The notes under the pieces were generated by a model, which was not told the DNA's origin, made no database searches, and saw only the letters and a program-made list of their open reading frames with translations. Below, one piece after another: positions 1 through 9,636 of a stretch of 36,471 nucleotides of DNA. Origin of the DNA: an uncultured Cryptobacterium sp. (GTDB taxonomy: Bacteria > Actinomycetota > Coriobacteriia > Coriobacteriales > Eggerthellaceae); the NCBI GenBank assembly GCA_900554685.1, contig USIG01000001.1:1-36471 (forward strand). The letters run 5' to 3'. The position numbers were made by a program, and so were the translations under genes. Each line of letters starts with the position of its first letter. Within the stretch, counting starts at the first letter, position 1.

Positions 1-32
1 CCGAAGCCATTGAGTTTATCTGTAGTGGACAT
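1..32 (-). CDS. 5' end of a gene running off the window (MSTTDKLNGFG...), product unknown
   Basis: ATG at 32-30 preceded on the minus strand by the Shine-Dalgarno GGAAGGAGA (49-41); only ~10 codons visible. Confidence 0.6.
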   Translation of the reverse strand, partial: MSTTDKLNGF

Positions 33-465
33 ACAGACTTTCTCCTTCCATTGTTTTTAACGATGGAACCCGCTCTGCGCTGCAGCGAAAGCGCGTTGCT
101 TACCTCTGGTGCAGTCGGGCTTATTACATCACCTTTCTAGTATGGCGATCGCGGAGGTTGATGGGGATGGTCAGTAATTCGTGTTTGTCTATTTTTTTGC
201 GAAAATAGCTTCTTTCTTTGAATGAATCGCGAAAAATCGTGAATATTTTCGGACAAAACCAATATTTTTGTCCACCACTTACCCCCAAATTGCAGCCGTT
301 GACCAATTCAGCTTAGATTCAGCTTAAATACGAGCTTAAACGCGAAGTGATTTTCATGCGGCGCATATGAGCCGCTACTACCGCCTCACCTAAGCCTCCG
401 ACAGGCTTCTGCTCATTCCAAAGTAACCCGTTCATTTTTTTAGCGACTTTCTTAAAGGAATATTT

Positions 466-498
466 CCGTTCACCTGAAAATTTATACCGTTCGCCTGA
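466..498. promoter_or_regulatory. Direct repeat pair CCGTTC(A/G)CCTGA, 21-bp period, putative LytTR-type binding site
   Basis: ccgttcacctga at 466-477 and ccgttcgcctga at 487-498; spacing and CCGTTC core resemble LytTR (AlgR/AgrA-type) boxes. Confidence 0.45.
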
Positions 499-843
499 GA
501 AGATCACGGGGGCTTTTTTACGCCAAAATTTATAAAAAGGCTGATAGTTTGCATAAATTTATTTGTCTAATAAAACACTCTGTTTTATACAATTACTTGA
601 AGGCTTTTTGCGCTTACCTTGCCGCCTGTCTTCTGTTTTTGGGCAGGCGTGTTTGTGTGAATTTTGCCTACGTTGTTATTAAAAATTGTGCCTAAAAATA
701 CAAGGGGATGTGCTTGCGCATCAGAGTGCGCTTCGGCACCACCCCGAACAGGCACAGGCAAATATGCAGACAAGCCTTTAGCTTTGTAGCACCGAGCCCA
801 ACATAACGCTACAACTCACTCGTTCACATGTTAGGAGGATTGG

Positions 844-2682
844 ATGAGCAAACTATCCGTGGCACCTGTTGCAAAAGACGATGCCAAGCAAAACGCTTTT
901 ATGCAAGAGTTCGCTCGCCGTATTGAAGCAACGCCCCCTGGAATGTGCCCCGTCGCTCTGCAGCTCTCGTTGTTACAAACAAGCGGCTGTCAGACGTGCG
1001 GAAAGTGCACTCCTTGCCGCGAAGGAATTCCTCAGCTTGAAGGTATGCTTGAAGCTGTTCTCGCGTTTGAGGGCACCCCTGATTTATTAGATACCATGCG
1101 CAAAAAGGCGCGTGTGATTCGTGATACTGCCGACTGCGCTATTGGTTGGCATGCAGCAGAAGTATTTCTTCAAGGAATGGACACTTTTGCCTCAGAATAC
1201 GAAAGCCACGTAACCAAGTTTTCATGCCAAGAAGGCAACACTCAAACTGTTCCTTGTGAGACCATGTGTCCTGCGCATGTAGACGTTCCTGCTTATATCG
1301 CCTTGGTTGGCGAGGGCGACTACGCTGGCGCAATCAACATGATCCGCAAAGACAACCCCTTCCCCACCGCATGCGCTTTTGTGTGCGAGCATCCCTGCGA
1401 AGAGCGTTGTCGTCGAACCTTGATCGATGCACCTATCAATATCCGCGGCATCAAGAAGTTCGCTGTTGACAGCATGCCTGCAGATAAGGTTCAAACACCT
1501 AAGCCGGCCGATCCTACCGGCAAAAAAGTTGCCGTCATCGGCGGTGGTCCTTCTGGTCTTACCTGTGCTTATTTCTGCGCTTTGATGGGCCATGAGGTAC
1601 ATGTATTTGAGCGCCGCAAGCACTTAGGCGGCATGATGCGTTATGGCATTCCTGCCTACCGTTTCCCTCGCGAGCGTCTTGATGAAGATATTCGCGCAAT
1701 TCTTTCAACAGGCGATATCACCGTCCACTACGAAAGCGATATCGACACTGACACCATGACGCAAATCTCGAAGGACTACGATGCTTGCTATGTGGCTATT
1801 GGTGCACAGGGCGGCAAGAGCTTGCGCATGGAAGGCTCTGATGCTGAAGGCGTAATGAGCGCCGTTGAATTGCTTACCGAAATCGGCGAAGACAACTACC
1901 CTGACTTCACAGGCAAGAAGGTTGTCGTTATTGGTGGCGGCAATGTTGCTATGGACTGCGCACGCACAAGCGTTCGCGCAGGTGCCGAAAGCGTCACCAT
2001 CGCATATCGTCGCCGTATTGAAGATATGACGGCTTTGCGTTCTGAAATTGATTCAGCTATGCAAGAAGGCGTTGAGATGTGTGTGTTGCAAGCGCCTGAT
2101 CACATCGAAGTAGAAAACGGTCATTGCACCGCACTCTACACTCAGCCCCAGATGATCGGCCCGGTAAAGGGCGGTCGCCCCACACCTCAAAAGGCAAACA
2201 AGCCTCTCTACCGTATTGAGGCTGACATTATCTTGATTGCGGTAGGACAGTCTATCGAATCTGAGCCTTTTGAGCAGTTCGGCATGGAAGCTGATCGCAC
2301 CTATTTCCAGGCAGACGAGCACTTAAAGGCACTCCGCGGTCCCGACAACGTCTTTGTTGGTGGCGACTGCCAAGTAGGACCTAAGACGGTTATTGTTGCT
2401 ATTGGTGCAGGTAAAGTTGCTGCACGTAATATCGATGACTATCTGGGCTTTGACCACGAACTTGATTACGGGGCAACCGCTCCAGCGCCTAAGCCCAACA
2501 ACCGTGTTGCTTGCGGTCGTGTCAACCCCGTTGAGCGTCCCGCATATCAGCGCAAGCACGATTTTGATGCAGTCGAAGTTGAAATGAGCTTGGAAGAAGC
2601 CCAGCAAGAATGCGGTCGTTGCCTGCGTTGCGACCATTATGGCTGCGGCGTAATGGAAGGAGGCCGAGTCCAATATGTTTAA
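844..2682 (+). CDS. NAD(P)H-dependent flavoprotein subunit of [FeFe]-hydrogenase: NuoF-type 4Fe-4S domain fused to a GltD/SudA-like oxidoreductase
   Basis: CGKCTPCREG...C (NADH_4Fe-4S); CETMCP...CAFVCEHPCEERC (Fer4_20); GGGPSG FAD motif; GGGNVA and YRR NADP(H)-type motifs; C-terminal CxRCLRC; RBS AGGAGG; overlaps hydA start. Confidence 0.9.
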   Translation: MSKLSVAPVAKDDAKQNAFMQEFARRIEATPPGMCPVALQLSLLQTSGCQTCGKCTPCREGIPQLEGMLEAVLAFEGTPDLLDTMRKKARVIRDTADCAIGWHAAEVFLQGMDTFASEYESHVTKFSCQEGNTQTVPCETMCPAHVDVPAYIALVGEGDYAGAINMIRKDNPFPTACAFVCEHPCEERCRRTLIDAPINIRGIKKFAVDSMPADKVQTPKPADPTGKKVAVIGGGPSGLTCAYFCALMGHEVHVFERRKHLGGMMRYGIPAYRFPRERLDEDIRAILSTGDITVHYESDIDTDTMTQISKDYDACYVAIGAQGGKSLRMEGSDAEGVMSAVELLTEIGEDNYPDFTGKKVVVIGGGNVAMDCARTSVRAGAESVTIAYRRRIEDMTALRSEIDSAMQEGVEMCVLQAPDHIEVENGHCTALYTQPQMIGPVKGGRPTPQKANKPLYRIEADIILIAVGQSIESEPFEQFGMEADRTYFQADEHLKALRGPDNVFVGGDCQVGPKTVIVAIGAGKVAARNIDDYLGFDHELDYGATAPAPKPNNRVACGRVNPVERPAYQRKHDFDAVEVEMSLEEAQQECGRCLRCDHYGCGVMEGGRVQYV

Positions 2683-4396
2683 CGTAACTGTTGACGGTAA
2701 AGCCGTATCCGTAGAAGAAGGCTCCACTATTTTGGATGCTGCTCATGCAGCAGGCGTTTCCATTCCTACGCTGTGTTGGATGAAGGACTTAAACGAAATC
2801 GGTTCCTGTCGCATTTGTGTAGTAGAAACTAAAGGTGACGACGCTCTCAGTGCCGCCTGCAACACACCTGTTCATGACGGCATGGAAATACGCACCAATT
2901 CACCTCGTGTTATCGCAGCTCGTCGTGAAAATATGCGCACCATCTTGGAAGGCCATCGCAGCGAGTGCACCACCTGCCAGCGCAGCGGCACGTGTGCACT
3001 GCAATACACCGCTTCCGAACTCAATGTAGGTGAGCTCGACTTTGACCCCGTATTCGATTTCGAAGCATGGGATGAAGATTTCCCTCTGCAGCGCGATGCA
3101 AGCAAATGTATTCGCTGCGGACGCTGCGTTGTTGAATGCGCAAAAGTTCAGCATTGCAGCGTGTGGGACTTTAAGGGTCCTGCTGCTTTCCGCGGTATCA
3201 CCGTACGAGAAGGCAAAGAAATTAGCGAAGCAGGCTGTTCTTTGTGCGGCCAGTGCATTACTCACTGTCCCACCGGCGCTCTTACCGCTCGTGACGATAT
3301 CAACACTGTTTTGGAAGCGCTCGCCGATCCTGACACGATGACCATTGTCCAATTTGCTCCTGCTATCCGTACCGCTTGGGGTGAAGTGATGGGTCTTTCC
3401 CACGAAGAAGCAACCCCTGGACGCATGGCTGCTGCAGCAAAATCTCTGGGCTTTGACCGCGTGTTCGACACCGACTTTGCAGCCGACTTGACCATCATGG
3501 AAGAAGGCAACGAATTTATCGAGTGGTACACCTCGGGCAAAAAGCGCCCCATGTTTACCTCATGCTGCCCTGGTTGGGTTCGTTTCGCAAAACTTCATTA
3601 CCCACAGTTTGTAGAGCAGCTTTCTTCTAGCAAGTCTCCTCATCAGATGATGGGCGCAGTTGTAAAGAACACCTTAAAAGAGCCTATGGAAGCGGAGGGC
3701 AAGAAGCGCTTGTTCGTTGTTTCTGTTATGCCTTGCGTTGCCAAGAAATACGAATGCGGTGTTCCTCAACTTTCCACTGAAGCTGGCCCAGACGTAGATG
3801 CTGTTCTTACGACCCGCGAATTCAACAGCATGTTGCGCATGTTTAAGATAAACTGTGCCGATTTGCCCGAAGTTCCCTTCGATAATCCTCTCGGTTTATC
3901 TACCGGTGCGGGCACCATCTTTGGTCGAACTGGTGGCGTAATGGAAGCTGCTCTTCGTACAGCTGCCTTCATTTTGACGGGCAAGAATCCCGACTTTGCA
4001 GCCTGCGACACCACTGAAGCAACGCCTGATCGTCCTTGGACCGACAAGACCTTAGAAATTGCTGATTTAACTATCAAGATCGCAGTAGCAAGCGGGTTGG
4101 AAAACACTTCAAAGCTGTTAGACGCTCTTGAAGCAGGAAAGGTTGATTACGACTTTGTCGAAATAATGGCTTGCCCTGGCGGCTGCGTTGGTGGCGGCGG
4201 ACAGCCCATCGAATTCAACGCGGAAAAGGCAGCCGAGCGCGCAAAGATCTTGAATCGCCTCGACTCTAACGACACGCTCCGTTGCTCGCACGACAATCCC
4301 GATATCCAAAAGCTTTATGCCGATTGGATTGGTAAGCCTCTTTCTGAAACTGCAGAAGCATGGCTTCATACCGAGCAGAAAGCGTGGGATATTTAA
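2675..4396 (+). CDS. hydA: [FeFe]-hydrogenase catalytic subunit with N-terminal 2Fe-2S, His-ligated 4Fe-4S and 2x[4Fe-4S] domains
   Basis: H-cluster motifs TSCCPGW, MPCVAKKYE, EIMACPGGCVGGGGQP; PTLC..CRIC..C; HxxxCxxC; CIRCGRC and CSLCGQC..CP. Confidence 0.97.
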   Translation: MFNVTVDGKAVSVEEGSTILDAAHAAGVSIPTLCWMKDLNEIGSCRICVVETKGDDALSAACNTPVHDGMEIRTNSPRVIAARRENMRTILEGHRSECTTCQRSGTCALQYTASELNVGELDFDPVFDFEAWDEDFPLQRDASKCIRCGRCVVECAKVQHCSVWDFKGPAAFRGITVREGKEISEAGCSLCGQCITHCPTGALTARDDINTVLEALADPDTMTIVQFAPAIRTAWGEVMGLSHEEATPGRMAAAAKSLGFDRVFDTDFAADLTIMEEGNEFIEWYTSGKKRPMFTSCCPGWVRFAKLHYPQFVEQLSSSKSPHQMMGAVVKNTLKEPMEAEGKKRLFVVSVMPCVAKKYECGVPQLSTEAGPDVDAVLTTREFNSMLRMFKINCADLPEVPFDNPLGLSTGAGTIFGRTGGVMEAALRTAAFILTGKNPDFAACDTTEATPDRPWTDKTLEIADLTIKIAVASGLENTSKLLDALEAGKVDYDFVEIMACPGGCVGGGGQPIEFNAEKAAERAKILNRLDSNDTLRCSHDNPDIQKLYADWIGKPLSETAEAWLHTEQKAWDI

Positions 4397-4475
4397 AGAA
4401 TACCGTTTGATAACTAGACGATGACCGTACGGTAACCGTCTCGAGACAACCTTATTCTTGTTACGTACTTGAAAT

Positions 4476-4511
4476 GCCGGTGGGATACTTTCGTGAGTAT
4501 CCTGCCGGTTT
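4476..4511 (+). terminator. Hairpin after hydA (intrinsic terminator or mRNA-stabilising stem)
   Basis: GCCGGTGGGATACTT-TCGT-GAGTATCCTGCCGGT followed by a short T run. Confidence 0.65.
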
Positions 4512-4576
4512 AACTATGAAGCTGTATTATCCGACAATTATCCGAAAGCAGATCGCCTGGAAGGCGCACTCAGCAA

Positions 4577-5755
4577 ATGATGCAAAAACGTACACATATC
4601 AACGCACAAGGTGCTCCTAGCCGAAGCGAAAATGCCCAAGGCAAAAATACCCAGGAAACGCCCGAACAAAGAAAAGACAAACAAGGCACCCTCACCAACG
4701 CTGAGCCCGCCTCTCTTTTAGAGCTTGCTCACAAACTTGTACAAACACGATCGCTGAGTTTAGAAGAATACGAGACGCTTATTACCTCCCGCAACCAAGA
4801 GGTAAGCGATTTCCTTGCAGCTAAGGCATGTCAAATTCGAGAAGACATCTACGGCACTTCTGTTTTTATTCGCGGTCTTATCGAAATTAGCAACTATTGC
4901 AAAAACGACTGCCTTTACTGCGGTATTCGAAAAAGCAATGCCACCTGCACACGTTACCGTCTTTCCCCTCAAGATATTCTTACCTGCGCCCATGAAGGCT
5001 ACAAACTTGGGTTCAGAACGTTTGTTTTGCAGGGAGGAGAAGATCCTTGGTTTAAGGATGATCGTCTCGTCGATCTTCTGCGCGAGCTTAAAGCTGCTTA
5101 TCCCGATTGCGCCATCACGTTGTCACTAGGTGAGCGAAGCCGCGAAAGCTACCAGCGCTTGTTTGATGCGGGAGCCGATCGTTATCTTCTCCGCCATGAA
5201 ACGGTTTGTAAGGATTTATACACCAAACTTCATCCTCAAGATATGCACTTAGAAAACCGTCTTCGCTGCTTAGAGGATCTTCGAGCCGTTGGGTACGCGG
5301 TTGGCTGTGGCTTTATGGTGGGAGCCCCTTACCAAACCTCTTCCGATCTTGCACATGATTTAAAGTTTATTGAGCATTTCAAACCCGAAATGTGCGGTAT
5401 TGGGCCCTTCATTCCCCATCACGCCACGCCTTTTCACGATAAACCTGCAGGCAGCGTTGAGTTAACCTGCTTTCTGCTTTCTTTAATACGTATTATTCAT
5501 CCGCCCGTATTGCTTCCTGCAACTACCGCGCTCGGATCGCTCGACCCGCAAGGTAGGACCAAGGGTATGCTGTCAGGCGCCAATGTCGTTATGCCGAATC
5601 TGTCGCCTCTCAACGTGCGGGCAAATTACGAACTCTATAACAACAAAGCTCATACCGGTACCGAAGCTGCTGAACATTTAAACCTTCTTAATACCGATAT
5701 GAATGCGATTGGCTACCATTTAGTAGTAGATCGCGGAGATCCAGAAAGGTTATAA
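4577..5755 (+). CDS. hydE: [FeFe]-hydrogenase maturase, radical SAM HydE
   Basis: RGLIEISNYCKNDCLYCGIR (CxxxCxxC), LLRHET, GIGPFIPH, PATTAL, GANVVMPN, YELYNNK; polar N-terminal ~40 aa makes the start uncertain. Confidence 0.95.
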   Translation: MMQKRTHINAQGAPSRSENAQGKNTQETPEQRKDKQGTLTNAEPASLLELAHKLVQTRSLSLEEYETLITSRNQEVSDFLAAKACQIREDIYGTSVFIRGLIEISNYCKNDCLYCGIRKSNATCTRYRLSPQDILTCAHEGYKLGFRTFVLQGGEDPWFKDDRLVDLLRELKAAYPDCAITLSLGERSRESYQRLFDAGADRYLLRHETVCKDLYTKLHPQDMHLENRLRCLEDLRAVGYAVGCGFMVGAPYQTSSDLAHDLKFIEHFKPEMCGIGPFIPHHATPFHDKPAGSVELTCFLLSLIRIIHPPVLLPATTALGSLDPQGRTKGMLSGANVVMPNLSPLNVRANYELYNNKAHTGTEAAEHLNLLNTDMNAIGYHLVVDRGDPERL

Positions 5756-5758
5756 ATT

Positions 5759-7213
5759 ATGGCATCTTTTCCCTATAACCCTAAGTCTCTCTGCGCCGAT
5801 GAGTTTATCAATCACGAAGAGATTCTAGAAACCTTAGCCTATGCCGATGCGCATGCAAACGATATTGAACTATGTCGCTCAATCCTTGATAAAGCGCGCA
5901 TGAATCTTCATCCTTCCAACGATCACGGCACCATCATCACGCACCGTGAAGCTTCGGTGCTGCTTGCCTGCCAAGATCCTGAAATCACCAAAGAGATAAA
6001 AGAGCTTGCCCACGACATTAAACAAGCTTACTACGGCAATCGTATTGTACTGTTTGCGCCGCTCTACCTTTCTAACTACTGCATAAATAGCTGCTTATAC
6101 TGCCCCTATCACGTAAAAAATCGTGAAATCCCAAGGCACAAACTCACCCAAGAAGAAATTCGCACTGAGGTTATTGCGCTTCAGGACATGGGTCATAAGC
6201 GTCTTGCTATCGAAGCGGGCGAAGATCCTAAGCACAACCCCATTGAATACATCTTGGAAAGCATGCATACCATCTACTCCATCAAGCATAAAAACGGCGC
6301 GATCAGGCGCGTCAATGTCAACATTGCGGCAACGACGGTAGATGAATATCGCATGCTTAAAGAAGCAGAGATTGGCACCTACATCCTGTTCCAGGAAACC
6401 TACCACAAAGAAAGCTATCAGCGTCTTCATCCCACGGGCCCAAAGAGCGACTACAACTGGCACACCGAGGCGATGGACCGCGCCATGGAAGGCGGCATCG
6501 ATGATGTGGGATTAGGAGTTCTGTTTGGCCTTGAGGGATATCGCTATGAATTTGCAGGCCTTTTGATGCACGCAGAACACCTCGAAGCAGTTCATGGAGT
6601 TGGCCCTCATACTATCAGCGTTCCTCGCGTAAAGCCTGCTATGGATATCGATCCTGACGAATTCGACAATGGTATTCCCGACGATATGTTCGAAAAGCTG
6701 ATCGCCCTTATTCGTATTTCGGTACCTTATACTGGCATGATTATTTCAACTCGCGAAAATCAAACGGTACGCGAACACGCTCTGCAATATGGCATTTCAC
6801 AAATAAGCGGCGGATCGCGTACTACGGTAGGCGGCTATACCGAAGAAGTGCGTCCTCATGATACAGAACAGTTCGATGTTTCAGACCAACGTACCCTTGA
6901 TGAGGTAATTAACTGGCTTTTGGACAACAATCACATCCCAAGTTTCTGCACTGCATGCTATCGCGCAGGCCGCACCGGCGATAGGTTCATGTCGTTTTGC
7001 AAAAATGGCGAGATCTCGAATTTCTGCCACCCCAATGCCTTGATTACCTTGGCTGAATATTTAACCGATTACGCTTCTCCTGAAACGAGAGCAAAAGGTA
7101 TGAATATCATCCAACAAGAACTGCAAAAAGTGGCAAACCCCAAGACCAAAGAACTCGCAAAGGACTATATCGCCAACATCGTCAACGGTGTTGGCCGCGA
7201 CTACCGCTTCTAG
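5759..7213 (+). CDS. hydG: [FeFe]-hydrogenase maturase, radical SAM HydG
   Basis: FAPLYLSNYCINSCLYC, GPHTISVPR, C-terminal PSFCTACYRAGRTG...CHPNA second-cluster motif. Confidence 0.97.
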   Translation: MASFPYNPKSLCADEFINHEEILETLAYADAHANDIELCRSILDKARMNLHPSNDHGTIITHREASVLLACQDPEITKEIKELAHDIKQAYYGNRIVLFAPLYLSNYCINSCLYCPYHVKNREIPRHKLTQEEIRTEVIALQDMGHKRLAIEAGEDPKHNPIEYILESMHTIYSIKHKNGAIRRVNVNIAATTVDEYRMLKEAEIGTYILFQETYHKESYQRLHPTGPKSDYNWHTEAMDRAMEGGIDDVGLGVLFGLEGYRYEFAGLLMHAEHLEAVHGVGPHTISVPRVKPAMDIDPDEFDNGIPDDMFEKLIALIRISVPYTGMIISTRENQTVREHALQYGISQISGGSRTTVGGYTEEVRPHDTEQFDVSDQRTLDEVINWLLDNNHIPSFCTACYRAGRTGDRFMSFCKNGEISNFCHPNALITLAEYLTDYASPETRAKGMNIIQQELQKVANPKTKELAKDYIANIVNGVGRDYRF

Positions 7214-7230
7214 CAAGGAGGATCTCTCTC

Positions 7231-8454
7231 ATGAGTCTTAACGCTACCCCTTCCGCTGAGCGTTTGCATATTGGGTTTTTCGGCATTCGTAATGCAGGAA
7301 AATCTAGTGTTGTTAACACTCTTACCAATCAGGATCTTTCTATTGTTTCCGACACAAAAGGAACCACTACCGACCCCGTCAAAAAAGCTATGGAGCTTTT
7401 ACCTTTAGGACCGGTAGTTATCATCGATACTCCCGGCATCGATGACGAAGGTGATCTAGGTGCTCAACGTGTAGCTAAGGCAAAAAAAGCACTTCGCCAA
7501 TGCGATTGTGCGGTGCTGGTAGTCGACGCTGCCTGCGGGCTTCAAGAAGCCGATCGCGAGCTTGTTGAAGCATTCAAACGGAGAGAAATTCCCTATGTGA
7601 TCGCCTTCAATAAGGCAGACACTCTCTCGGACGAGAAACGCGCTTCGCGCTCACTTGCTGAAAATGAAATCTTCGTAAGTGCTCAAACGGGAGAAGGTAT
7701 CTATGAGCTCAAGGACCTCATTGGTTCTTGCGCTCAGCAGGTCGAATCGAACAAGCGTCTTGTAGCCGATTTGTTGGAAGAGAACGATCTTATTGTGTTG
7801 GTTATCCCAATCGATAGTTCTGCACCTAAAGGACGCATTATTCTGCCTCAGCAAATGGTGATGCGCGATGCGCTTGACTGCCATGCCATCTGCCTGGCTT
7901 GCCAGCCCGAAAACCTTACGGCAACACTTGCAGCCTGCGCTCGCAAACCGCGTCTTGTCGTTACTGACTCACAAGCATTTGAGCAGGTGAACAAACTTGT
8001 TCCGCAGGATTTAGCGCTCACTTCGTTTTCGATTTTAATGGCGCGCTACAAAGGGAACTTGCAGGATTACGCCGCAGGAGCAGCTCGTCTTGCTCAGCTT
8101 ACCGATCAAAGCAAGGTTCTCATTGCTGAAGGGTGCACACATCACCGCCAGTGTGATGATATCGGCACGGTTAAAATCCCTCATTGGATTCATAATTTCA
8201 CGGGGGCGAGCCCTCACTTTGATTTCACTTCAGGGGGAGGTTTTCCTGAATCGCTTGAAGGATATGACTTGGTTATTCATTGCGGTGCCTGCATGCTTAA
8301 CGACCGCGAAGTGCGCTATCGCGTAGCTTCTTGCCGAGATGCAGGAGTACCTATTGTTAACTACGGCATTGCCATCGCAGAAATGCACGGCATTTTGAAG
8401 CGCAGCTTAGCACCTTTCCCGCAAGCTTCTGCCGCTTTTGAGGATAGCTTTTAA
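7231..8454 (+). CDS. hydF: [FeFe]-hydrogenase maturation GTPase HydF
   Basis: GIRNAGKSS (G1), GTTTDPV, DTPG, NKAD; EGCTHH...HCGACM cluster ligands; RBS AGGAGG. Confidence 0.97.
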   Translation: MSLNATPSAERLHIGFFGIRNAGKSSVVNTLTNQDLSIVSDTKGTTTDPVKKAMELLPLGPVVIIDTPGIDDEGDLGAQRVAKAKKALRQCDCAVLVVDAACGLQEADRELVEAFKRREIPYVIAFNKADTLSDEKRASRSLAENEIFVSAQTGEGIYELKDLIGSCAQQVESNKRLVADLLEENDLIVLVIPIDSSAPKGRIILPQQMVMRDALDCHAICLACQPENLTATLAACARKPRLVVTDSQAFEQVNKLVPQDLALTSFSILMARYKGNLQDYAAGAARLAQLTDQSKVLIAEGCTHHRQCDDIGTVKIPHWIHNFTGASPHFDFTSGGGFPESLEGYDLVIHCGACMLNDREVRYRVASCRDAGVPIVNYGIAIAEMHGILKRSLAPFPQASAAFEDSF

Positions 8455-8462
8455 TGAGTTTT

Positions 8463-9374
8463 CTAATGAATGGAAAGTTCAGGAAATGAGTAGTTACTCA
8501 TAAAGGAGATGAAGTCACTTACCAGCTGTGAATGAGGCTCTTTTCGACTCATAAGATACACCTTATGAAAGTCAGCCGGCACTCCTTCAATAGGCAAACA
8601 CACCACGTCGTCAAAAGAGTTGACCAAAAAAGAATAGACCAGAAGGGACACATTATCGGGATCAGCAGAAGCAAACGAGGATAACGTGATTTCATCGTCA
8701 AAGCTTCGCACTAATTCGAATTCGTTTGCATTCTCCGCAAACAATTCGTCCAACCCTTCGGAAACAGAAGAATCTTTCCCGTATGTGAGAAGACGATATT
8801 GCTTCAAGTCATCGAGAGTAACTGAGTCTTTCTGCGCCAGCGGATGAGCCTTATTCACACAGACCACTAAAGGCTGTTGCCAAACCAGCGTCATATTCAA
8901 ATCGCTTGCATACTTAGTTTGTGCCGCAAACGCCACATCAATTTTTCCTTCTTTGAGCTGTTGCGCCAACTCGCCAGAATACGCCTGCTGCATATGGAGA
9001 AGGGGGCGCTTCTCGTAGCGTGCTGCAAATTCGCTAAGCGCCTGAGACCAAAACTGACCCTTCATCGAATACAGGGTGCCTAGTCGCATAGTGTTTTCGC
9101 TGATGGCGACCGACTGTTCTGCAAGGCGAATACCCTCGTCGTACGTTTCAAGTGCACGCGTGACATATTCAAGATAAATTTTTCCTTGCGTGGTCAGCTC
9201 AATACGCGAAGCCACTCCTTCAGAGCGGTTGAAAAGAGTAAAGCCCAATTCTTGTTCCATACGAATGATTGCAGCAGAAAGCGTTGGCTGCGCAATAAAC
9301 AAGTCTTTCGCCGCTTTGGTGTAGCTCATAACTGAAGCAAGATGCTTAAAATACCGCAAATGGGCCAATTTCAT
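8463..9374 (-). CDS. LysR family transcriptional regulator
   Basis: N-terminal HTH LRYF..SYTKAAKDLFIAQPTLSAAI..MEQELGFTLFNR; 303 aa; T-N11-A dyad ATA-N9-TAT at 9409-9423 just upstream. Confidence 0.95.
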   Translation of the reverse strand: MKLAHLRYFKHLASVMSYTKAAKDLFIAQPTLSAAIIRMEQELGFTLFNRSEGVASRIELTTQGKIYLEYVTRALETYDEGIRLAEQSVAISENTMRLGTLYSMKGQFWSQALSEFAARYEKRPLLHMQQAYSGELAQQLKEGKIDVAFAAQTKYASDLNMTLVWQQPLVVCVNKAHPLAQKDSVTLDDLKQYRLLTYGKDSSVSEGLDELFAENANEFELVRSFDDEITLSSFASADPDNVSLLVYSFLVNSFDDVVCLPIEGVPADFHKVYLMSRKEPHSQLVSDFISFMSNYSFPELSIH

Positions 9375-9636
9375 TTTGTGGAATACTCCTCAAAGATAAC
9401 CCTGTCCAATAGCTTTTTAATATAGCAGATGGAAAAATACTGCGAATCGCAACTTCTGTAAGCACACATTCCAATAAGAAATGGGTATGATTAGGAATGC
9501 GTATCAACCTCGTTTTGTACGCGTTTTTTGTATATATTTCATTCATGGAGATATACCGTTCCTCCTTTGTCGAGATGTTTTTCACAACGCTTCTTCGCTA
9601 AACTAGGAACGCTTGAAATCAATTAAAAGGATAGGT

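Noticed and set aside
124..773. Three 60-62 aa minus-strand ORFs in the first intergenic region
   Set aside because: No RBS, AT-rich regulatory-looking DNA; the repeated FSGER peptide simply reflects the 21-bp DNA repeat
750..800. GCACAGGCAAA...GACAAGCC resembling the start of a c-di-GMP-I riboswitch
   Set aside because: No GNRA-capped P2 stem or tetraloop receptor; spacing too short
844..2682. Annotation as glutamate synthase small subunit gltD
   Set aside because: No gltB large subunit nearby, extra NuoF-type cluster domain, and overlap with hydA indicate a hydrogenase partner
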